35,529 bases of DNA from Octopus bimaculoides (taxonomy: Eukaryota): the NCBI RefSeq assembly GCF_001194135.2, contig NC_068982.1:31714563-31750091 (forward strand). Direction: 5' to 3'. Positions 1-11,979 of the stretch are shown piece by piece. The notes beneath the pieces are model-generated. The model had not been told where the DNA came from. It worked only from the letters and a program-made list of their open reading frames with translations, and searched no databases. The stretch's first letter is position 1, and each line of letters begins with the position of its first letter. The position numbers and the translations under genes were made by a program.

Positions 1-38
<38 letters not shown>
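1..38. repeat. (TG)n microsatellite
   Basis: Pure TG dinucleotide run at the window start. Confidence 0.95.
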
Positions 39-853
39 TGTGAACATATGTGCGTGTGTGTCTATGTCGAGTAGGTGACGTTACTGAACTCTAACAATTT
101 TTTGTACAAATACAAATATAATAATTCTATTGGAATATTAAGTATGAATTCATGATTACTATGTCTGTGTCGCATACATTCAGTTTTGTGAATATTTAAT
201 AAGAAGTGGAAAGAATTATTTAAAAGTGTTATCTTGTTCTCAGTACTGGTAGCTTAATTTCACCGATATTACTTTTCAAGGAGCAACTGAATGACAATGT
301 TGGTGTATGTACTTTGTATAATAACCAAACCTCGTTACAATTAATGAAACATTATAAGAGGAGTTACCTGCCGGTAGAAAAGCTTTGAGAGGATAATTAA
401 AATGCTGTAATTCGTACAAATTGATTTTCCAATACAGAGTTACCATATTTTTATTGTGCAGAAATATCAATTGTGCAGAAATGGCAGATGAATTAAAAAT
501 TAAAGAACAGTTCAACCGAATAACATATTATTTGGGGAATTACGAGGAAGGACTGTAAAAATATTAGTACCTGATTCAAGGACAAATGATATAGGAATTC
601 ATTTTCAGTCAAACTTATTCCGTTTACTCTGTCGTTATTACATTGTATCAATGTGGTGTATTGACAGTTTGGTTATAGTGATTATCTTCATGTCTTGCAA
701 TATATCTTCTGTCTCTTTAGCAGTCGATATAATAAAATACATTCCAAGTTCTGGGAACGATTTAATATATTAATCCCTAGCAACAAATTTGTTGGCATTT
801 ACTGGTATTACAAATAATTATTACGACGCAATTCTGTCACTCTCCACTGTCCT

Positions 854-948
854 GTAGTGGGGGAGTTTAGCTCAATTAGTCAGAGCATCGTGACGCGTAA
901 TCACGGAGAAATGAATTCGAGTAAACAGCTAACCACCTACATTTTTTT
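854..948 (+). ncRNA. tRNA-like Pol III gene or pseudogene, copy 1 of a tandem pair
   Basis: A-box TAGCTCAATTAGTCAGAGC with D-stem GCTC/GAGC; anticodon-like stem CGTGA/TCACG around loop CGCGTAA; degenerate B-box (AATTCGAGT); T-run terminator at 942-948. Non-canonical G33 and a mismatched acceptor stem argue against a functional tRNA. Confidence 0.6.
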
Positions 949-1166
949 CTGCAAAATAGGGGTAGTTTATCCTGTTCATGTTATATTATTAGCATTATCC
1001 TGCGATTGAGAATTTAAAAATCCCTTCTTTAACTTTCTAAGACATCTCAACGCTTCTAAAAGCAAACTTCGTTTGTTTGTTTACGTTTGTCGTAATTTGA
1101 ATTTAACGTATGAATTTAACATATGAAAGCGAGATTTCTATACATCTTAAATCTGCAGAAGAATCC

Positions 1167-1260
1167 GTAGTGGGAAGTTTAGCTCAATCGGTCAGAGCAT
1201 CGTGACGCATTATCACGGTGATGTGAGTTCGAGTCCACAACTAACCACCTACAGTTTTTT
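1167..1260 (+). ncRNA. tRNA-like Pol III gene or pseudogene, copy 2 of a tandem pair
   Basis: A-box TAGCTCAATCGGTCAGAGC, D-stem GCTC/GAGC, stem CGTGA/TCACG with loop CGCATTA, B-box GAGTTCGAGTCC, then T6 at 1255-1260. Resembles tRNA-Lys/Ile layouts. Confidence 0.65.
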
Positions 1261-3679
1261 CTGCAAAATAGGGGTATTTTATCCTGTTCAGGCTATATTA
1301 TTAGCATTATCCTACGATTGAGAATTTAAAAATCACTTCTTTAAGTTTATTCATGTTTTTTTATGTGAAAAGCCCACAAGAAAATGAAGGAAACACGGTC
1401 GGAATATAGTTTGTCTATACGCTTGCTCAATCAGAAAAAACGTGACTTAGGTAAGCATCGTTACTGTGTCCACCTCTACAACGAAACAGGTATTACATAT
1501 TCATAGGATCTAGCTTTATGTAGCTTACTAAAGGATTTCAAAGTAGTTCCGGAATATTTTAATTCCATTTTGTAAAACCTAAAATATTTTCACGCCTGTA
1601 ATTCGACCTCACTTGTTTTTAGAGTAAATATAAATGTTCATCATATTTAGAAAGCATTGAACCTATATCTTTATTATTTAATAGGATGTGCTCTCGACAT
1701 TTCAGACATCTATTAAAATCGCCTGGTTTATCAAGTATGAGGTGTGCTTTTCATATTCATTGTGTGTGAAGGCATTTGCTAGTTCTTCTATCGATGTTAT
1801 TATCGTTCTTGTTTTGCTATGATCAATACTGATCGATTACACCTATTAATTAAAACCGTTGCAGCCGTGGATATTGGTTTGTATATCAGACAGTATACAC
1901 CTTTAGCTAAAATGGTGATGTGAAAAACGTAGGAGATTTTGTTGCTATTTTTGCATATCAGTGGATCACGTAGATATCGTTTTTTTTTTTGTCATTATCT
2001 CTATACGTATAGTATTCAGGTGATAATCTCACACTTATTCACAAATACTTCTTTAAACACTTGTCAATAGAAACATGCATTATATTCGTGCTTCAGTGAC
2101 AAAAGAGGAAAACGCACATGCAGTCCTAGAGGTAGAAGTGACTTACTGAGATTAAAGAGAAAAAAGAACAACCACGAAATCTTAAGTTTTATAAAATATT
2201 TATAAGTAAAATAGAACAAAAATATTCTAAAATAATTCTAAAAATCTGCTAAAGTAAACTTTAAATTCATAAACATTTCAAAAGATAAAGAAATTATAGT
2301 TGGTAGTTTGACTTATTGAAATAGGACGACATGATTAGAAATAATAGAAAAATCAATATAGGCAATCATTTACAATGCTATAAATGAGAGCTACTTACTG
2401 ATTGATTTAATTCCTTTTGTAAACTGAAAATGATTTGAACTTTGTTTTTAGTTTTGTATTCATTCTTATTTCTTAAGGCATTATTATCGTTACATTGCGT
2501 CTTGATATTGAGATTTAAATAACAATTAAAAACATTCAAGATCTAGAAATATGCAAAAAAAATAAAGCATATGAATATAAGTAATAAAATAGTAGGAAAA
2601 TGTCTATATGTCAGCCAAAGGCACAAGCAAAAGCGACATGAGAAACAAAAAAAGTAAAATTTATATCTTATAAAAATATTGAAGGTGATGAATATTAACG
2701 TCTGCTTTTGTTTTTGTATTGTGATCAGATTTTAATAAGATAAAATACAAAATTTCACTTGTGATATCTGCTTTTATGCTTATATGTTATTTGCTTTCCA
2801 TTTCACAAAGACAATTAAACAACATGTCGAGGTGCCAAGGAGGTATTGAGCTTCATATTCATATGTCATGAGTTCAAGTATACTACAGATATTGTATTGT
2901 CTTTTAAATAAGAATGTTTGTTAACAAATTTATAATTGATACCACATCGTAAAATATGATTATTAGCTATTTTGAATAAGCAAATATGAATACATTGAGA
3001 ATGTTTAGTTTTTGAATGCTTTTCAGTTAGAATACTTTTGTCGCATACACATGAACACCCGTGCGTGTGTGGTGTGGGGGTCTCACACAGTTCGGGCACA
3101 GAAACTTTGTACTGGGAAATTAGGAAAACTAGATGAGTTCTAGAGATGCTTTATAAGCTAATGACCCACAGATTTCTTAATCCAGTTTAAAACAGAAAAA
3201 TTCAGTAATAGAGATGGTGAGGTAACCCCTAGTAGAACGACAAGATGGAGGATGTGAAACTGTAGTGACAAGTCAGACAATTGTGGTTTTCTGACTTGTC
3301 ACGTGTTGCGACCTGAAATATTTCATATTTTACCCATTAGAAATGTTATCAATGATATATATACTTATAAAATTATAGATGTCGTATTCAGAAGCTAGCT
3401 ATTATTCAACTGCATTTTCAACTGGAGTCAGAGGAGAAATACCTGGAGATTATTGTAGAAAAATATTGGAGCAAAAGACTCGCATTGTAATAATGCAGGA
3501 AAAGAACAAATGCCCTATGGCTAAGTGAAGGGAGCGCACAATTAATTCACCGGAGTCGACTTCAATTCGCTTAACCTTCATGAAAATGGATATTATTTAA
3601 TGAAATTGTCTACATGTATACCTCGGACTATGTAGATTCCGAGCATATAGGAATTTTGGAAAACAATTGGCGGTTATAA

Positions 3680-4262
3680 GTGTATATATGTACGTATGGG
3701 TATATATATGTATATGTGTATGTGTATATATATACATATATGAGTGTATGCATGTGTTTGTATGCATTATGTACACGTCTGTATACGTATGTAGGTGTGT
3801 ACGTATGTATATATTTATATATGTAAGTGTATATACACACGTATATATGTGTATGCTTATATACGCGTGTTGCGCGTGTATATGTATGCATTTATAGGAA
3901 TGCAAGCGGGTATATGTGAATATATGTGATTCTAGGTATAGATATTTTATATAAGCACGGATTTATATATGAGTGTGTGGATATTGATACATTTACACAT
4001 ACCTGCCTCTGCATGTGTACATGTATGTGCGTGTATATATGTGAACACTTACATACAATTATACGCACGTGGAAGCCTACATGCATGCCTCTATGTATAC
4101 AAGAATTTTTTATATATGTAAAAATTAGATACAAATGAATGTGTACATACGGGAATGCATGTAACATACATGAGTTTCGTATGCGTATGTATGTGTTGAT
4201 GTGTGTAAATGTCTATATACATGTTTGATATAAGCATGTGTATACATCTTCACATATATATA
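3680..4262. repeat. Cryptic TA/TG/CA low-complexity repeat
   Basis: Alternating purine-pyrimidine simple sequence that generates the H/T/Y/I/C/V-rich pseudo-ORFs. Confidence 0.85.
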
Positions 4263-4264
4263 TA

Positions 4265-5117
4265 TCTTCTCCTACTACTTAGCACTGACCTGTCCTCTAA
4301 CCAACCTAACCTATATTCCCAAATTCTTCATTTCACCATTTTACTACCCCGATCCCTTCTCTCTGCCCTTCACTTAGACTCTATTACTACATACCTCACA
4401 CTCATTTAATCGTTACCCTCTCATCTCTTTAAACACCCATATCTTTTTTTCTCTCTCTCTCTCTCTCCCACATCTCCCCATTCCTTCTATCAATTTATCC
4501 TGACTGACCAGTAGCCAGTACACTTTCCCTCTCTTCATTTCTTTATCTCTCTCCACGTTTTTCTTTTTTATTTCCTCTCTTCCTGTTTTTGATTTGACCT
4601 TACAAACACATTCCCAACATTTAAGTCACATCAAAAAACCCTCGATCCAATAACACGGTTTACAAACTTTATGCTTGGAATGACCAATTTTAAATACTAT
4701 TGGAACTTACACACAAGGTACAGGAAACTTATATGTATACCATTCTGCTTAAATAATGGAACTACAGATACAATATCTCTGCCTATCTCACGTCTGTTTT
4801 CATTCCTCCACTTCACTTTCTATTTCATATCTTTTCCAGAATAACTATTGCTTAACCATTTTCTCGCAGCGTCTCCGATGAAGGGATATATAAAATATCC
4901 CGGAAATAGCTGTGAGACCTTCTCTTTATAAATGCCTTGGATTTTTATCTCATTTTGTTAATTTTTTTATATATATGCATGCTAAAATATGAACTACGTC
5001 GGACTCCACATCCGAATAATCACTGAACATGGAGCTTAACTATAGTCTGTCCATAACACTTACTCAGCATTACTTGACACCTTTGCATCATCTTGACAGC
5101 ATTACCTCTCATAACCT

Positions 5118-5118
<1 letters not shown>
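4265..5118 (+). mobile_element. Probable Penelope-like element relic (pseudo-LTR with hammerhead; possible RT trace)
   Basis: C/T-rich block, a weak PLE-RT-like peptide around 4610-4720 (ITRFTNFMLGMTNF...), and a minimal hammerhead motif at 4871-4918 of the kind carried by PLE pseudo-LTRs. Confidence 0.45.
4871..4918 (+). ncRNA. Degenerate minimal type I hammerhead ribozyme
   Basis: Stem I GTCT/AGAC; core CCGATGA (canonical CTGATGA); stem II GGGATAT/ATATCCC; GAAA; near-palindromic stem III (AATAGCTGT, ACAGCTGT if T4907 were C); cleavage-site base is G (inactive NUG) in this copy. Confidence 0.65.
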
Positions 5119-5119
<1 letters not shown>

Positions 5120-5166
<47 letters not shown>

Positions 5167-5663
5167 NNNNNNNNNNNNNNNNNNNNNNNNNNNNNNNNNN
5201 NNNNNNNNNNNNNNNNNNNNNNNNNNNNNNNNNNNNNNNNNNNNNNNNNNNNNNNNNNNNNNNNNNNNNNNNNNNNNNNNNNNNNNNNNNNNNNNNNNNN
5301 NNNNNNNNNNNNNNNNNNNNNNNNNNNNNNNNNNNNNNNNNNNNNNNNNNNNNNNNNNNNNNNNNNNNNNNNNNNNNNNNNNNNNNNNNNNNNNNNNNNN
5401 NNNNNNNNNNNNNNNNNNNNNNNNNNNNNNNNNNNNNNNNNNNNNNNNNNNNNNNNNNNNNNNNNNNNNNNNNNNNNNNNNNNNNNNNNNNNNNNNNNNN
5501 NNNNNNNNNNNNNNNNNNNNNNNNNNNNNNNNNNNNNNNNNNNNNNNNNNNNNNNNNNNNNNNNNNNNNNNNNNNNNNNNNNNNNNNNNNNNNNNNNNNN
5601 NNNNNNNNNNNNNNNNNNNNNNNNNNNNNNNNNNNNNNNNNNNNNNNNNNNNNNNNNNNNNNN

Positions 5664-5760
<97 letters not shown>
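5120..5760. repeat. (TA)n - N gap - (TA)n(TG)n microsatellite
   Basis: Simple repeats flanking an assembly gap. Confidence 0.95.
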
Positions 5761-5761
<1 letters not shown>

Positions 5762-7033
5762 TTCTGTTATATTTGATAAAATGAATGCAAGATCTATATC
5801 TAAACTACGTTTGATGTATAAAATTATGTTTCTGTCATCAATATGAATGTTTATCATAAGGGGGTTATGAATAATCAGAGTTCTATATAACGAAAAAATA
5901 ACACCTTAGTTTGATGTCGATCTACATAATTTCGAGTGTCACACATCAGTTAAATATTCAAATGAATAAATTAATGTAATAATTATAAAAGTAAATAATC
6001 AACGTGAAATCCTAAGGGGAATGTTAAATGTTTCCATTTTGTTTGAAACTTATAAGGTGAAATATAATTGTCTTTGATTTATGCAAAAGGCCACCAGTTT
6101 TGAATTGACAGGTGAGACGCTGCCATCCATAATAGTACTAAAATATTAAGTTATTTTAGGGGTCACTAAATGATTGAAGGCAAAGATGACTTTTGTCGGA
6201 TCGGAACTAAATAACGCGTAATGTAATGTAATGCATTATATGAGAAGGTATATTCGGTCGTGTTTATACATATACATATATGCTCAAGATATATTCAAAT
6301 CTATTATGTGATAATTGTACACATCGCAGCAAATTTTCAGTCGAGTGTAATGCAAAAGTAAGCATAACTTCTGTATTAAATAAGGCAAGTTCCTCACGCT
6401 GAGCATTTTGGTAGAGTAATTCGTCCCCTATAATATTTTTCCCTATTTCTCTATTTGCAAGAAAATATCAGACGCTTAAATGGTTCTTGAAGAAAGAGGA
6501 TGTAGTTGATCTTACATATAAAAAAACGATACAGGACTTTCGTTATAACTAAGGCTTGTATGTGTACGGTGTGTGTACAGGTATGTTTGTATGTAGTGTT
6601 TATGTATCTATCACTTCATGTATCTATCTATCTATCGATCGATCGATCTGGGAGTGTATATATGGATAGATAGATAGATAGACAGGTAGAAGGATGGACT
6701 GACAGACAGACATATGATGCTTGCTTTTAGAGTCAACGATTAAACTGGAGAACTACTCAATGATTTTTTTTTTTGAGTACACGTTTACTAAACTTTTACC
6801 AAGGGTTGCTTGACAATGGCACGAAAGATTATATAAACAGAAAGACAGAGATATGCCGTTTGTTTAGTCGCTTGATTTAATGACGGTTGATATTTCTCTC
6901 TCTCTCTCTCTACCTCTCTTTTTTCTTTTTTTCTCTCTCACGTTTTCTTTTTCTTCTCTCTCTCACTTTCTCACACACACACACATAGTATTAATAATAG
7001 TAGGAGATGGATTCCGTATTAGACTTCTATTAG

Positions 7034-7078
7034 GTACAACGTATGTTCCGACCCATCAGTCTGAGTCTTTTTAGGTAC
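7034..7078 (-). ncRNA. Decayed hammerhead motif (left arm of fold-back 1, minus strand)
   Basis: Minus strand reads GTAC-CTAAAAA-GACTCAG actg ATGGGTC-GGAAC-ATAC-GTT-GTAC: stem I GTAC/GTAC intact, catalytic core mutated. Confidence 0.55.
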
Positions 7079-7169
7079 ATTATATACCCATCCCGTTCGG
7101 GAACTGGATGGGCATATGACAACAACCAAGCCGACACGAAAAAATATCTAGTGACACTTCTTTATCAAT

Positions 7170-7214
7170 GTATCTGAAGAGACACAGACTCCTGAGTCGA
7201 AACATATGTTGCAG
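7170..7214 (+). ncRNA. Minimal type I hammerhead motif (right arm of fold-back 1)
   Basis: CTGAAGA core (7174-7180); stem II GACACAG/CTGAGTC (6 of 7 pairs); GAAAC (7199-7203); palindromic AACATATGTT stem III; GUU site; stem I decayed (GTAT/GCAG). Confidence 0.7.
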
Positions 7215-7295
7215 CTAATAAAAGTCTAATATGAAATCCATCTCTTAGTATTAATTAATACTATTATTCTAACTGCCCCTGCGATGTTAGAATTT

Positions 7296-8560
7296 CTGAC
7301 CTAACACATCAGCAAAATCATGGAACGAATAGTCTGCAAGAAACTAATCACATTCCTTGAAGAAAATGACATACTGACTGACATCCAGCATGGATTTTGA
7401 CTTGGTAGAAGCTGCATAACACAGCTCTTACAACATTACGACTGGATGTTAAAACAACTGCTAAATGACTTCAGTATGGATGTAATATATCTCGACTTTG
7501 CAAAAGCCTTTGATAAAGTTGACTTTGGTGTGATAGGTCACAAACTGCGTACTCTTGGCATAGTCGGAAAATTGGAGAATGGCTGCACGACTTTCTGAAA
7601 GTTTGACGTCAGGCAGTGGTGGCCAATGAGCCACTTCAAAGAAAACACAAATAGCAAGCAGTGTTCCACAGGGGCACTATCTTAGGGCCACTGCTATTCA
7701 TAGTGACTCTCTCAGACATACACTCAGCTGCTCAGACAGCCACCCTTGCTACTATGCAGCTGACACAAAAGTCACCCAGGCAAAACAAAATCCTCGAAGT
7801 ATTGCGCATCTCCAACGGGAGTTGGACTCAAAATACAAGTGGTCTGAGGACAAAAATATACAGTTTAATGCAGGAAAATTCCACGCCCTGCGCTACCAGT
7901 ACACAAAGCTGAACGACATGCAGACAGGATACACTGGAGCAGGAGGAATTTGTAATCCCTGATTCAAAATCAGTGCGTGACCTGGGCACTAACGTGAGCA
8001 ATAAATGCAGACGGCTAGCTGGATGGATTCTCCTTTGGAGGGCATACATCCTCAACCGCTTGGATTACAGCCCCCCCCACACACACACACACACTATGGT
8101 TACCACATAATATAATATTAGCGCAGAACTTGAAGCAGTTCAACGAAGCTACACAAAGAAAATCGTCTCAGTGCAACATATCAGCTACTGGGATAGACTG
8201 AAAGAATTAAAACTCTTCTCCCTAGAACGAAGGCGAGAAAGATATGCAGTGGTATAAATCTGGAAAATCTTGCAAGCTCTTGTACCAAACTTTGGCATTG
8301 GAAGTTATGCAAACAGCAGAACAGGGAGCCACTGCATAGTGCCAAAGTTCCAAGCATTTCTAGCAAAATGCAGGACCAAATACTGCAACAGCTTAGGTTT
8401 AGGTTTCAAGGGCCCACAACTCTTCAATACCCTTGTAAAATCCCCTAGAGACTTGCATGGTGTGGATGTAGGTGTATTCAAAGTAAAAACTGTATCTTCT
8501 TCTATCAAGGTTTCCAGATGAGCCTCTCCCACGGCAGGAAACACACTGGTTAGCCTCAAT
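7296..8560 (+). mobile_element. CR1/L2-clade LINE, 5'-truncated, decayed reverse transcriptase and C-terminus
   Basis: Translates with stops and frameshifts to SKIMERIV..QHGF..RSC.TQLL, DVIYLDFAKAFDKVD, VPQGTILGPLLF, YAADTK, WIL, and terminal GPQLFNTL..VFK motifs typical of CR1/L2 RTs. Confidence 0.9.
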
Positions 8561-9172
8561 TCATAATATAAGTAAGTACTCTTTCATTCAATTTAATATT
8601 AACGGTTACTATTCTAGCATATTCCCTATTCTCCCGAATAAGTCCCTGATCTTTGCTAAAGGATTCTCTCTTTTAATTATGGATAAAATGGATATTATTA
8701 TTAACGTTATATATAAATGTACAGTTATAACAGAAACTAATAATTTTACTTATTTCGGCTGCTTTTCAAATATAGAAAGAAACATTTGAATAACTACCTT
8801 TCATACTTTGGACTAGTTTTTTTAAAGTTATAGAATAATTCATTTCAACTCAAAGGATATATAAGGTCAAATCACATGAGAGTGTCATAAGTATGATTTA
8901 ATAAAGGAATACCAGATCTAGTTGATTATGTATGTATTATTAAAGGTAACCAGCAATGTGAATTCAGATATGTTAAAAAGAATATTTAAAAATGTGGTAT
9001 TCAAAGAGTGTAAAACAATTGTCAAAATTTACGATGGTTTACATTGACTCAGCAAATAATAAACTATAAAGGAGAGATAAGATTAGGAAGAGAAAAACAA
9101 ATATCAAATTTAAAATTAATAATAAATTAATGAAGTAGTGCTAATTCTTGCAGTACATCATTATCTATGAAG

Positions 9173-9397
9173 ATCTAGGACCTCAAGGGTAATAATATTA
9201 AATTCAATGTAAAGTGGGCAATAATGCGTAGAGCTCAACCATACACAAATAGCCAATATGGAAGTGAAGTATGTTGTATGGAGATATATGATATATTCAA
9301 ATATAAAGACAATCTAATTAATAATAAATTAGATCTTAGGGCATCACGTGTTCATAGTGTTACCCGTACTTTTAAATACTTTAGAAACAGTAAATAA
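9173..9397 (+). mobile_element. Penelope-like element GIY-YIG endonuclease C-terminal relic
   Basis: I*DLKGNNIKFNVKWAIMRRAQPY...CCME...NLINNKLDL..RVH resembles the PLE pattern IWxLKxxxxxxxIKWxIxxxAxPY..CxLC..NLLN.R.E...CRH; TAG replaces the conserved Trp. Confidence 0.7.
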
Positions 9398-10759
9398 CAA
9401 ATGCTACCTACTGTCCCTTTGAGGACATAAGTTGCACTATCACACATAGCTTGCTTTCTGTAATATTATAACCTGCTTGGTAATGTGTTCTAGTGATCCT
9501 TAGCACTTTTGATCCTTTATGCATAACTATCTTCTTCATATTACAAACCATGTTGTATGGATAAATTGTTCTCCACCCAATTCGTTTATACCTTACACTT
9601 TGTAACCGCTCTGTCTAAATTCTGATTCCCCGTATACATAATCTCTTAACTTTACATCGTATGCTGAGCTTGTAACTCCATTGATTAAACATTGAAACTC
9701 TATATAGCAATTAATATAACCCCCATCCACTAGAATTAACACTACTTCATTAGTTTATTATTAATTTTAAATTTGATATTTGTTTTTCTCTTCTTAATTT
9801 TATCTCTCCTCCTTTGTAGTTTATTATTTGTTGAATTGTAACCCATCGTAGATTTTGACACTCTTTAAATACCACATTTTTAAATATTCTTTTTAATCAA
9901 CTAGATCAAGTTTTCCTTTATTAAATCATATTTAAGACACTCTCACTTGATTTGACCTTATATATTTTTTGAGCTGCAATGATTATTCTATGACTTAAAC
10001 CAGAAAGAATTATTTATAATTTAAAATGTTATAACCCAGAAAATGTACACCCTATTAATTATTACAATATGTATCTACCCATTTCCTAAATTAATTCCTT
10101 TCATATATGGCGATAAAAATGCTTTTATCTTTACTACTTGTGGTTTTTATATTTTGAACCCCCTATAAGTACAAAATATATTCATCTAAGATCTATTATT
10201 ACCTTTTTATCTTCATGCATTTTTATTGTATAACTTACAAACATTTGTAAAACCGTTTTTTACTTTTAGCTTTATTTATATTAACTCTGGTATATTTATT
10301 TCTATCTCTACTTCCTTATTTAAAATTAAGATTTTGTTATAATTTTTTCTATACATATATACATTTATAGTTTCCTATATTTTTTTAATATTATTTTTTA
10401 ATATTATTTTATATCTCTTTATTCATATTAAAGAACTTTTTATAATTTTTTTTCTATACAGATATACCTTTAAATTTTTTTATAGATTTTTATATTTGTT
10501 TATTTTATATTTTTATAGTTTTTATACTTTTGTATATATTATACTTTTTACATTTTTTATACATTCTTTTATATATATATTTTATATATCTCTTATGTAT
10601 TCTTTTAAGATTATATATATTTAGCTTATATTTTATATTGAGAGTTATCGGACATCTTTTTTACTACTACTGTTTAAAGATATTTGTTACATTGTTGTTG
10701 ATTTGCTTTTGTTAAACTAACCTGTTTTTGTGTTTTTCGATGCACTTTTTGCTTGTGTT

Positions 10760-11490
10760 GTAGTAGATCTGTTTTACGTTTCCCCCTTGTTTGAATGGGA
10801 AAACTTAATATATTTTGTATCTCATTTTATTCTCAAAATGAGTGTATCCTCTATCGAGGAAGATTTACATTTTGACAAATTATCAGAAGCAATGGTAATG
10901 ACCATGCCTGCACCAGCAGACCAAACAGAAAATACAACAAAGAAAACCGACGAAAACTATGAGAAAAATAATGAAAAAATGACTAATTTCGCAGCTGGAG
11001 TAAACAAAGAAGACTTTAAAAAATTTAACAAAGCGAAATAGGAAAGTACAAAAGTCTCCTTCAAAGGAAGTGGCACAACGTAAAATTGGTTCCTCCCAGC
11101 GAATTCATTTACAGTACTCAAAAGAAGACTATAATATTTAAAACATATTCCATCAAAGACAAAAGACTTGACTTGGCCCCAAAGAGGCCATAGAAAAATG
11201 TTTACGCCCCATATGGCAAGACATCATCTATATAACCAGTGGGAGGAGATATGCAACGGTGTAGGTATGTTTTTACAAGGAGGAAAAATCCAGGCAGCAT
11301 TCGACAATCTCACTCAAGTCAGCCAAGGTGGTTCTCCTGCCAACATACCTTGGAATGCGTACTTCCAGGGTAAAGATAGGAGAAATACCACCGGAGTTTG
11401 ATGTTGCCTGGCTCGTAGCAGCACTGGTATTAGGCTTGGAAGAAAAATCACTATCCTTCAAACCATCAAATTTCCTCATGCACATATACA
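10760..11490 (+). mobile_element. Decayed ORF1 (gag-like/RRM-like) region of a non-LTR retrotransposon
   Basis: Coding-like composition with a few stops: MSVSSIEEDLHF..., then EAIEKCLRPIWQDIIYITSGRRYATV*VCF...RTSRVKIGEIPPEFDVAWLVAAL. The RVKIxxIPPE pattern resembles L1/Tx1-type ORF1; the assignment is by pattern recognition only. Confidence 0.5.
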
Positions 11491-11579
11491 TAAGTAAATT
11501 TTAAAACGCCGAGGAAGGGAAAGAAAGATGGGTGTGAGGAATACGTAGCTTTAAGGAGAGAGGAGTAGGTAGCTTTTCA

Positions 11580-11939
11580 GACACACACACACATACAGAC
11601 ACACATATATATACATGAGTACATACATACATGTGTGTGTGCGTGTTTGTGTGTGTGTATTGATGTGCGTGTCTGTGTGTGTGTTGATGTGCGTGTCTGT
11701 GTGTGTGTTTCTTCATACATATAAGCATGTGAATGTTACAACTCATATACTGACATTCGAGGAGTCATATGTGGAGGGCCTACAATTAGAAAGATACTGG
11801 AATATATCAGTGTATATATTGCATAGTATTATGGTTACTTGATGTGTAAATTATTCAAGACATCTATATACAAACGTTTCTTTACCTCTGTCTGTCTCTT
11901 AATCTGTCTCTTTTACTCTCTCTCTCTCTTTCTCACTTC

Positions 11940-11979
<40 letters not shown>

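Larger units (their letters stand above)
854..1343 (+). repeat. Direct duplication of a ~180-bp unit (854-1032 and 1167-1343; period 313 bp)
   Basis: Both copies share the tRNA-like head plus about 85 bp of 3' flank (ctgcaaaataggggta...gagaatttaaaaatc.cttctttaa). Confidence 0.9.
6986..7263. mobile_element. Fold-back element 1: ~100-bp inverted arms (6986-7082 / 7167-7263), each carrying a hammerhead motif
   Basis: The left arm matches the reverse complement of the right arm (30/38 identity over the hammerhead core by hand alignment, continuing outward through agact../gagatgga../tagtatta). The spacer holds a CCCATCC/GGATGGG hairpin (7087-7112). Confidence 0.85.

Noticed and set aside
244-771. 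Possible coding exons (acceptor at 243; open frame 504-771; minus ORF 276-515)
   Set aside because: No recognisable domain, weak donors and no consistent exon chain.
3597-4167. Overlapping H/T/Y/I- and C/V/Y/M-rich ORFs on both strands
   Set aside because: Translations of TA/TG/CA simple repeats, not proteins.
5029-5857. Long ORFs of 200-300 aa here and at 11839-12526, 17877-18791, 20947-21741, 28305-28743 and 28940-29719
   Set aside because: They are open only because N gaps and dinucleotide/trinucleotide repeats lack stop codons.
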